A stretch of DNA of 4,645 nt from a virus (taxonomy: Duplodnaviria; Heunggongvirae; Uroviricota; Caudoviricetes): IMG/VR virus record IMGVR_UViG_2703718812_000024. One strand, given 5' to 3'. Positions 1 through 4,645 of this stretch are shown here, piece by piece. The notes below the pieces were generated by a model that did not search any database, was not told where the DNA came from, and saw only the letters and a list, made by a program, of their open reading frames with translations. Both the position numbers and the translations under genes were made by a program. The first letter of the stretch is position 1. Every line of letters begins with the position of its first letter.

Positions 1-15
1 CATCCCGGGCCACCA
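1..15 (+). other. Possible 3' terminus of a tRNA gene or integration-site core (window begins ...CCCGGGCCACCA)
   Basis: The first 15 nt end in a GC-rich acceptor-stem-like run followed by CCA, immediately upstream of a P4-type integrase gene, which is the usual tRNA-attL-int layout. Too little sequence is present to name the tRNA; I could not match it to a specific E. coli tRNA from memory. Confidence 0.25.
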
Positions 16-22
16 AATCGAT

Positions 23-51
23 ACAAAGTAAAGACAAGTTACGGAAAGTTA
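23..51. repeat. Three AAGT(A/T)A-containing motifs phased about 10 bp apart (acaAAGTAa / gacAAGTTa / ggaAAGTTa)
   Basis: AAGT recurs at 26-29, 36-39 and 46-49 with one helical turn spacing between the putative tRNA end and int. This is consistent with phased protein-binding sites (Int arm-type or IHF-like) in an att arm. Pattern only. Confidence 0.3.
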
Positions 52-134
52 AACAAAGAAAACCCGCACCAGACAAGGAACGCAGTTTTTTTATTGTTCA
101 GTTTGGGTCAGTTTGATAGCGTATAAGCAAGATT

Positions 135-190
135 AAAAAGGCATACAAAAAGGCATACGCATGAAAAAAACACAGATTTGCATATGCCTT
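135..190. promoter_or_regulatory. Perfect tandem 12-bp direct repeat AAAAAGGCATAC x2 (135-146, 147-158) plus an inverted copy TATGCCTT (183-190), 25-80 bp upstream of the int start
   Basis: Exact repeats seen directly in the sequence. Their position just upstream of int suggests an operator or Int/regulator binding-site cluster overlapping the int promoter. Confidence 0.4.
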
Positions 191-215
191 TAACACGCTT
201 ATTGGAGTTTAACCG

Positions 216-1481
216 GTGACCAAAAAAACTAAGTCCTTATCACCAGCAGCGATAAAAAGCCTCCAGCGAAAAGCCAGCAACGAAAAAAAGGACCTTTTCA
301 TCACTGACGGCGAAGGGCTGGAACTGGTGATTAAGCACAAAAGCGCCTCTTGCTTGTGGCGTTACCGCTACTACAAGCCACACACAAAAAAACGGGCCAT
401 GTTAAGCATTGGCGCATATCCAGAAATAAGCATTGCGGGCGCGCGAAAGATAAAAGACGAATACAGGGCGCTTCTTTCTGGTGGCATTGACCCAAAAGAG
501 CACAGAGAGAAACAGCGCCTTAGTGAAGTGATGAAGAGAGAGAACACCTTCAGGCATGTAGCTACGCTTTGGTTTGAACTTAAAAAAGGGCAAGGACTCG
601 CAGAAGGCACACTACGCGATACATGGCGCTCGCTGGAGCGTAATGTATTCCCGTCAGTCGGCAACAGACCAGTAGCAGACCTGATCGCAAGCAACTTCAT
701 CGAAGCATTAAAACCATTAGCCGCCCAGGGGAAATTAGATACCGTCAGAAGAACGGCGCAGCGAATCAATGAGGTCATGTATTACGCCGTTAATACCGGA
801 ATGATTACCGCGAATGCGGCATCACAGATAAACAAGGCATTTAACGCGCCGAGCGCTAAGAACATGCCAGCAATACGCCCTGAAGAACTCCCCGATTTTA
901 TGCAGAAGCTGGCAACGGCACGAGTGGAACGACAAACGCGGCTGGTTATTGAGTGGCAGTTACTGACAATTTGCCGACCAGGTGAAGCAGCTGGCGCGCG
1001 CTGGTGTGAGATTGATTTTGAGGCGAAGGAATGGCGCATACCAGAGCACAGACTTAAACAACGCAGGGAACACGTAATACCACTCTCGAAGCAGGCGTTA
1101 GCCATTCTGGATGTCATGAAGCCAATAAGCGGGCATCGTGAGTTTATATTTCCACACAACAGCGACCCGCAGCGCCCTATGTGCACACAAACAGCAAACG
1201 CAGCAATAAAACGCATGGGTTTTGGTCGGCGGCTGGTTGCTCATGGCTTGCGCTCAATAGCAAGTACCGCACTTAACGAGCAAGGTTTTGACTCTGACGT
1301 AATCGAGGCGGCATTGTCACACATAGACAAAAACGAGGTTCGCCGCGCGTACAACCGCTCAACCTATCTCGAGCAGCGACGCCCGTTAATGGCGTGGTGG
1401 GGGAATTTTGTAGAGGCAGCCGCAAGCGGGAGCGTAAGCGCCACAGGTGGCTATCGTGGGTTAAAAATGGTTAACGGTTAA
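216..1481 (+). CDS. int: Tyrosine-type site-specific integrase, P4 / CP4-57 IntA-like
   Basis: 421-aa ORF with GTG start 9 nt after GGAG (203-206). The N-terminal region (LFITDGEGLELVIK...WRYRY...LSIGAYPEISIAGARKIKDEY) resembles the DUF4102-type arm-binding domain of P4-family integrases. The C-terminus carries the tyrosine recombinase catalytic pattern (R...HGLRS...RAYNRSTY). It sits next to a putative tRNA 3' end. Confidence 0.93.
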   Translation: MTKKTKSLSPAAIKSLQRKASNEKKDLFITDGEGLELVIKHKSASCLWRYRYYKPHTKKRAMLSIGAYPEISIAGARKIKDEYRALLSGGIDPKEHREKQRLSEVMKRENTFRHVATLWFELKKGQGLAEGTLRDTWRSLERNVFPSVGNRPVADLIASNFIEALKPLAAQGKLDTVRRTAQRINEVMYYAVNTGMITANAASQINKAFNAPSAKNMPAIRPEELPDFMQKLATARVERQTRLVIEWQLLTICRPGEAAGARWCEIDFEAKEWRIPEHRLKQRREHVIPLSKQALAILDVMKPISGHREFIFPHNSDPQRPMCTQTANAAIKRMGFGRRLVAHGLRSIASTALNEQGFDSDVIEAALSHIDKNEVRRAYNRSTYLEQRRPLMAWWGNFVEAAASGSVSATGGYRGLKMVNG

Positions 1482-1485
1482 GGGC

Positions 1486-2382
1486 ATGACAAACAAAAAG
1501 ATAAACCTTCCTGAAAGGGATTATTACCCGTTAGACAAGGCAGCCAGAAGGCTTGGGTGTGACGTTGATGATTTGATTCACTTCATCGCTACAGGGAAGA
1601 TGTGTTTTTGGTACCGTCATCACATAGACGAGGTTTTGACATTACATAATTATAAAAACGCATTTAATAGTGTATCAGCATCAGATTATTATTATGAAAA
1701 TGATGAAGGCGTATTCATCAGAGCAACCGACATATTAAAATTACTTGAATCCTCATCTTTTGGTGAAAAAATAATAACCGATGAAGAACAGCTAACGGAA
1801 AAGATATTTTTTAATTGCTGTGGCGGTTATTCTGAAACAGATATTTTTATATACAACTATCATGGATATAAACAAAGAAAAATCAGAACACAGTTACCAC
1901 ATAAAATCAGGGTTGTGGCTTCAGGACTTTTACAGGTATTTAATACAAGCATTGATATAGAGAATCTATCAAATGACGTCACAGATTGTTATGTGCGACG
2001 CATCGTTATAGCAGATAAAGGAAAAGAACCAAAGATAACAATAAATTTATATGGCAAAACAATAAATATTAGTGACATTTTCATCTCAAAAGAAGAGATA
2101 AAAATAGTAATGAACGGCGGCAGACAACCAGGAGATATGGTAAAGGATTTTTCAGATAAACACGCCTTGTCGCATTCGCAGAGTAAGAAAACAACCAATC
2201 TTCAGGCCAGAGTTATCAAAAGACTAATCACCGCCATAGCCGGAGAAGAAGAGGCAGCAAACCCAAGAAGAGCGCTTGAGAACGGTCACAGCAAGTTAAG
2301 CCGCGCACTAACCAAAGCAGGGGTTGAAATTGGCGCAACCCCTTCATCTGTTGGTAAGTGGCTTGCAGACGTTGACGACTGA
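1486..2382 (+). CDS. Hypothetical protein (298 aa), AT-rich cargo gene between int and alpA; function unknown
   Basis: Long ORF starting 4 nt after the int stop (weak SD AAGGG) and followed 21 nt downstream by a strong rho-independent terminator. The central part (about 1620-2160) is markedly AT-rich (roughly 30% GC by eye) while both ends match the roughly 50% GC of the neighbours. I recognise no family motif. Confidence 0.7.
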   Translation: MTNKKINLPERDYYPLDKAARRLGCDVDDLIHFIATGKMCFWYRHHIDEVLTLHNYKNAFNSVSASDYYYENDEGVFIRATDILKLLESSSFGEKIITDEEQLTEKIFFNCCGGYSETDIFIYNYHGYKQRKIRTQLPHKIRVVASGLLQVFNTSIDIENLSNDVTDCYVRRIVIADKGKEPKITINLYGKTINISDIFISKEEIKIVMNGGRQPGDMVKDFSDKHALSHSQSKKTTNLQARVIKRLITAIAGEEEAANPRRALENGHSKLSRALTKAGVEIGATPSSVGKWLADVDD

Positions 2383-2403
2383 CAGACTTCTGAACACATG
2401 ACC

Positions 2404-2427
2404 GCCCGTAATATTACGGGCTTTTTT
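2404..2427 (+). terminator. Rho-independent terminator closing the int / cargo-gene transcription unit
   Basis: GCCCGTA (2404-2410) and TACGGGC (2415-2421) form a 7-bp GC-rich stem around an ATAT loop, followed by TTTTTT (2422-2427). Unidirectional for the + strand. Confidence 0.75.
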
Positions 2428-2432
2428 CGTAA

Positions 2433-2490
2433 TATTGCGCAATACCGACATTAACCATGTTTGCATATCCTTAAGCAAGTTTAGGCAAGT
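2433..2490. promoter_or_regulatory. Putative alpA control region: 12-bp perfect palindrome TATTGCGCAATA (2433-2444) and tandem 10-bp repeats TTAAGCAAGT / TTAGGCAAGT (2471-2490)
   Basis: Palindrome and tandem repeat seen directly. They lie between the upstream terminator and the alpA SD (AAGGA 2506-2510). I could not identify a clean sigma70 -35/-10 pair here. Confidence 0.3.
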
Positions 2491-2519
2491 TATCGCCTGA
2501 AACAAAAGGAAAGCAAAGC

Positions 2520-2723
2520 ATGAACATCACAGAAAAGAAAATCCTTACAAAACGAGAAGTCGCAAATCTTCTTCGCCTTAGTACAACAAGCATTGACACA
2601 ATGGTTAAGGCTGGTGAGTTTATTCCTGGCTTTAAGCGTGGATTGCGTCGCGTTGGCTGGTTTGAGGATGAGGTGAAATCATGGCTTGAGAAGAAAGTAG
2701 AGGAGCGTTATCAGCAGGAATAA
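2520..2723 (+). CDS. alpA: AlpA-family phage regulatory protein (small HTH DNA-binding regulator, Xis/Vis-like)
   Basis: 67-aa ORF with SD AAGGA 9 nt upstream. The sequence LTKREVANLLRLSTTSIDTMVKAGEFIPGFKRGLRRVGWFEDEVKSWL fits the AlpA pattern (helix-turn-helix followed by a conserved G-R-VGW-EV-W segment). Its position downstream of int is typical for P4-like elements. Confidence 0.85.
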   Translation: MNITEKKILTKREVANLLRLSTTSIDTMVKAGEFIPGFKRGLRRVGWFEDEVKSWLEKKVEERYQQE

Positions 2724-2975
2724 TAAATTTCCATGTGTGACATATAAAAGCCACCAGCGCAGAAAATAAAACGCCTCACGTTATGCAAAACGGGTTAACC
2801 ATCGTGATGCCTTGCCGCATTCAATTAACGGCAGGTAAAAAAATACCCGCAATGCAATAACACTACGGGCCATTAACGTAATATAAGGAGTTAACCGATG
2901 TGTATTGTATACAGTCGTGTGCATATTGTCACAGGCAACAGGCATCCGCGCCAAATACCCGCCAGAGAAAATCAG

Positions 2976-3005
2976 TTGATCGCCAGTATCAAAAATGGCT
3001 ATGAT
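2976..3005 (+). promoter_or_regulatory. Candidate sigma70 promoter of Icd-like module A: TTGATC (2976-2981), 18-nt spacer, TATGAT (3000-3005)
   Basis: The -10 is a 5/6 match to TATAAT and the -35 a 4/6 match to TTGACA. The same two hexamers with the same 18-nt spacing recur at 3451-3480, and both lie exactly 279 nt upstream of the respective Icd-like ATG. Confidence 0.45.
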
Positions 3006-3066
3006 TCCCGCGCACCTTATAAAACGGGTGTCGGGATTGGAACCCCGCTGGAGATAAAGGCGATAC

Positions 3067-3089
3067 AGACGCCGAACGCGTCTTTTTTT
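3067..3089 (+). terminator. Hairpin plus T7 run (terminator or attenuator-like) in the module A leader
   Basis: AGACGC (3067-3072) and GCGTCT (3078-3083) form a 6-bp stem around a CGAAC loop, followed by seven T (3083-3089). It lies about 62 nt after the candidate -10, so a short RNA of about 78 nt (roughly 3012-3089) is possible. Confidence 0.55.
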
Positions 3090-3155
3090 GTATCGGCGCA
3101 CACGCACACCTTATCAATGGTGGGCTGTATGGGGCTGACTTCGGTCAGGCTGGTT

Positions 3156-3165
3156 TCCTTTATCG
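3156..3165 (+). promoter_or_regulatory. Anti-Shine-Dalgarno element of module A (TCCTTTATCG), perfectly complementary to CGATAAAGGA at 3235-3244
   Basis: 10-nt perfect complement to the sequence overlapping the SD of the Icd-like gene. It is also complementary over 8 nt to an upstream SD-mimic GATAAAGG at 3053-3060. The orthologous element in module B covaries (see 3634-3643). Confidence 0.45.
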
Positions 3166-3254
3166 CCAGTAGTTCCAACTCCGTGCAGTCCACCGCCAGC
3201 GAGATTGGAACCTCCAGCGGTGGGTATATCCCAACGATAAAGGAGGCTGCCATC

Positions 3255-3443
3255 ATGGCTACTACCCCTGCCCTCGTACATTCTCAGACTGCCTTTATCT
3301 GGCGTTTTATCACCTTCGGCACGTCAGAACGTCAAATTATCCACGTAACCGCCTGGACGGAACGCGAAGCGCGTAACCGTTGCCCGTCCGGTTGTGTCGC
3401 TGTATTCGCTGCCCGTATTCGTCAGGGGGTGAGTCATGCTTAA
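3255..3443 (+). CDS. Icd-like small protein, copy A (62 aa; host cell division inhibitor Icd-like family of P1 / P4-like elements)
   Basis: ATG at 3255 preceded by a strong SD AGGAGG (3241-3246, 8-nt spacer). The protein MATTPALVHSQTAFIWRF...TEREAR...FAARIRQGVSHA shares WRF, TERE(A/T)R and ARIRQGV(S/R)HA motifs with copy B. It is in frame with a longer open frame from 2898; I consider the short form more likely, but this is unresolved. Confidence 0.6.
   Translation: MATTPALVHSQTAFIWRFITFGTSERQIIHVTAWTEREARNRCPSGCVAVFAARIRQGVSHA
3411..3430 (+). repeat. 20-bp exact direct repeat GCCCGTATTCGTCAGGGGGT (partner at 3868-3887) at the 3' ends of the two Icd-like genes
   Basis: Exact 20-mer in both copies, followed in each by GTCATGC, while the rest of the duplicated modules is much more diverged. 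Confidence 0.8.
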
Positions 3444-3450
3444 AAACATG

Positions 3451-3480
3451 TTGATCGCCTCTTCTTTCGGGCTGTATGAT
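3451..3480 (+). promoter_or_regulatory. Candidate sigma70 promoter of Icd-like module B: TTGATC (3451-3456), 18-nt spacer, TATGAT (3475-3480)
   Basis: Same hexamers and spacing as module A. The 9-mer TTGATCGCC is identical in both copies. It begins 8 nt after the stop of Icd-like copy A. Confidence 0.45.
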
Positions 3481-3535
3481 GCCGGAGTCGCCCACATGGC
3501 GACCGGGTTTAGCAGCCTGAATACTACAGCGGACA

Positions 3536-3565
3536 GCCGCTTACATTCCGATATGCGGTTTTTTT
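3536..3565 (+). terminator. Weak hairpin plus T7 run in the module B leader (degenerate counterpart of 3067-3089)
   Basis: GCCGC (3536-3540) pairs with GCGGT (3555-3559), with one G-U pair and a large loop, followed by seven T (3559-3565). The T-run sits at the same offset from the promoter as in module A (108 vs 107 nt). Confidence 0.3.
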
Positions 3566-3633
3566 GCGTCCGTAAACCTACCCATACCCGCATTATGGCG
3601 GGGCGTAACGGGGGAGCCTTTGCGCTCGCTGGT

Positions 3634-3643
3634 TCCTGTAGTG
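3634..3643 (+). promoter_or_regulatory. Anti-Shine-Dalgarno element of module B (TCCTGTAGTG), perfectly complementary to CACTACAGGA at 3711-3720
   Basis: 10-nt perfect complement overlapping the SD (AGGAG 3717-3721) of Icd-like copy B. It is also complementary to an upstream SD-mimic ACTACAG at 3523-3529. The sequence differs from module A, but complementarity is preserved in all three elements. Confidence 0.45.
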
Positions 3644-3729
3644 CCAGTCTGCTAACCCCGTTACGTCTCGCCACCATGTTTAGCAGCGTAGTAGCGAGAC
3701 TCCTTAATTTCACTACAGGAGCCTTTCAC

Positions 3730-3900
3730 ATGGCTGTATCCGCACGCCCTTACTTTGTCTGGCGCTTTATGCAGTGCCATGAAAAACAAACCTCACCCTT
3801 TACCGCCACGGCAGCAACAGAACGCGAAACCCGCGCACAACTTCCGCATACCCATCTGATTTTTGTCGCCCGTATTCGTCAGGGGGTACGTCATGCGTGA
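3730..3900 (+). CDS. Icd-like small protein, copy B (56 aa)
   Basis: ATG at 3730 preceded by AGGAG (3717-3721, 8-nt spacer). The protein MAVSARPYFVWRF...TERETR...FVARIRQGVRHA is paralogous to copy A. Its stop overlaps the start of the next gene (ATGCGTGA). Confidence 0.6.
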   Translation: MAVSARPYFVWRFMQCHEKQTSPFTATAATERETRAQLPHTHLIFVARIRQGVRHA

Positions 3901-4207
3901 TGTGTGTAACACCAGAATACTTGAACAACTGGTTACAACCATAAAAGCAGCTGACGCACGGGAAGCGAGAGCGATGTTTGATGATGCTGACTTCTACGCC
4001 CGCAAATTGCTTGAAGGGCTGGCTATCACAGGGCGCTTACTTTCTGGCATGAGTGACAGCATTGATCCTGACATGGACGAACTGCGCAGCCTGGGCGATT
4101 CCATCGCTGTTACGGCTGAACTTGTGGCCGGATTCAGTGAGGTTGTGGAGGTGTACAACTGGCGTTGCCGTAACGGAGATATCAGTACTGATTATCGCCA
4201 TTCGTGA
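3893..4207 (+). CDS. Hypothetical protein (104 aa) translationally coupled to Icd-like copy B; possibly the Ash-family partner usually found after icd-like genes in P4-like elements
   Basis: The ATG at 3893 overlaps the Icd-like stop (ATGCGTGA, stop 3898-3900). The ORF track gives an alternative in-frame start at 3863. The Ash-family label comes from recalled synteny only; I do not recognise the sequence. Confidence 0.55.
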   Translation: MRDVCNTRILEQLVTTIKAADAREARAMFDDADFYARKLLEGLAITGRLLSGMSDSIDPDMDELRSLGDSIAVTAELVAGFSEVVEVYNWRCRNGDISTDYRHS

Positions 4208-4280
4208 TAAGGCAACGACAGTCACAGCTAACCGCATTTATGCAGCAACGGCGTAACTGACCAGAACAAAGGATAAAAAA

Positions 4281-4580
4281 ATGAACATGAAAAAAACTGG
4301 CTTAACTGCCAGCGGCAAGCCTCGCCCTGAATTTAAGCGCGGTGATATTTACCGCGACCAGTACGGCGGCACGGTAATGATTAAGGGCGTGGCGGGGCGG
4401 TGCGTCACCTACCGCCGTAAAGGCTACGAATATGATTGCGTGATGCCTGTTTATCAGTTTTCCCGTGATTTTTCTCTGGTGCAGGCGGTACCGCGTAACG
4501 TGCCCACCAGCAACGTAAAGGCACTGGCAAAAATACAGAAGATGAAAAAGATGATTAACGCATTCAGGGGCAAGAAATGA
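4281..4580 (+). CDS. Hypothetical small basic protein (99 aa)
   Basis: ATG at 4281 with SD AAGGA 7 nt upstream. The stop overlaps the next ATG (ATGA at 4577-4580). No recognisable family motif. Confidence 0.65.
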   Translation: MNMKKTGLTASGKPRPEFKRGDIYRDQYGGTVMIKGVAGRCVTYRRKGYEYDCVMPVYQFSRDFSLVQAVPRNVPTSNVKALAKIQKMKKMINAFRGKK

Positions 4581-4645
4581 AAAGCGCACCGAACTTAAAA
4601 AAACAGCCTTACGACAAAATGACCGAGGTCATTATTTTTGCGGGT
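4577..4645 (+). CDS. 5' end of a further coupled gene (partial, runs off the window; begins MKSAPNLKKQPYDKMTEVIIFAG)
   Basis: ATG overlapping the preceding stop codon in an ATGA arrangement, open to the window edge. By synteny it could begin the replication/primase module of the element, but this is inference only. Confidence 0.35.
   Translation, partial: MKSAPNLKKQPYDKMTEVIIFAG

Noticed and set aside
1-15. Assigning the tRNA-like end to a specific tRNA (for example Phe, Leu or tmRNA, the common P4-family targets)
   Set aside because: Only about 15 nt are present and they do not exactly match the 3' ends I can recall for those genes; identity needs upstream sequence.
371-1216. Minus-strand ORFs 371-778, 402-593 and 782-1216
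   Set aside because: They lie entirely antisense within the well-supported integrase gene, with no convincing RBS or recognisable motif; typical shadow ORFs.
1989-2198. Minus-strand ORF (69 aa) inside the AT-rich cargo gene
   Set aside because: Antisense to a longer, better-supported ORF; AT-rich sequence readily gives short hydrophobic shadow ORFs.
2813-2833. Inverted repeat TGCCG-N11-CGGCA as a terminator after alpA
   Set aside because: It has a short stem with a long loop and no adjacent T-run on either strand; more likely a protein-binding site or chance, so not called.
2781-3107. Minus-strand ORF (108 aa) with an arginine-rich N-terminus
   Set aside because: It overlaps the conserved promoter-like elements and the SD/ATG at 2898 on the opposite strand, has no RBS I can see, and has low-complexity composition typical of out-of-frame translation.
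3017-3713. Minus-strand ORFs 3017-3256 and 3324-3713
   Set aside because: Antisense to the Icd-like modules, with no RBS and no conservation between the two module copies on that strand.
2898-3900. Taking the full-length ORFs 2898-3443 (181 aa) and 3436-3900 (154 aa) from the ORF track as the gene calls
   Set aside because: Each contains promoter-like hexamers and a hairpin plus T-run internally, and the protein similarity between the two is confined to the last roughly 60 residues, each preceded by a strong internal SD and ATG. I therefore call the short Icd-like CDSs but flag the open extensions as unresolved rather than dismissing them.
4037-4256. Overlapping ORFs 4037-4237 (-) and 4053-4256 (+)
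   Set aside because: Both overlap the better-supported coupled CDS 3893-4207 in other frames or strand and lack start-site signals.
4302-4589. Minus-strand ORF (95 aa) antisense to the 99-aa hypothetical gene
   Set aside because: Shadow ORF of the + strand gene, which has a good SD and a coupled downstream start.
1-4645. CRISPR array, insertion sequence/transposase, or rRNA/tRNA genes inside the window
   Set aside because: No regularly spaced repeat-spacer structure, no terminal inverted repeats flanking a transposase-like ORF, and no full cloverleaf-length tRNA-like segment were seen.

Overview
This window looks like the tRNA-proximal end of a P4-like / CP4-57-like integrative element (phage satellite or PICI-like island). 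All convincing genes are on the + strand: a P4-type tyrosine integrase (216-1481), a tightly linked AT-rich 298-aa cargo gene of unknown function (1486-2382) closed by a strong terminator, an AlpA-family regulator (2520-2723), two tandem diverged copies of a module ending in a small Icd-like protein (3255-3443 and 3730-3900), a translationally coupled 104-aa protein (3893-4207), a 99-aa hypothetical (4281-4580) and the first 23 codons of a further coupled gene. The most interesting signal is that the two Icd-like modules share a promoter-like pair of hexamers, a hairpin plus T7 run, and an element complementary to the Shine-Dalgarno region of the Icd-like gene, and that these pairings are maintained by compensatory changes between the copies. 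That pattern resembles the P1 c4 / P4 CI antisense-RNA immunity architecture. Everything here is read from sequence by eye; no database search, folding or alignment program was run, and family names are assigned from remembered motifs.
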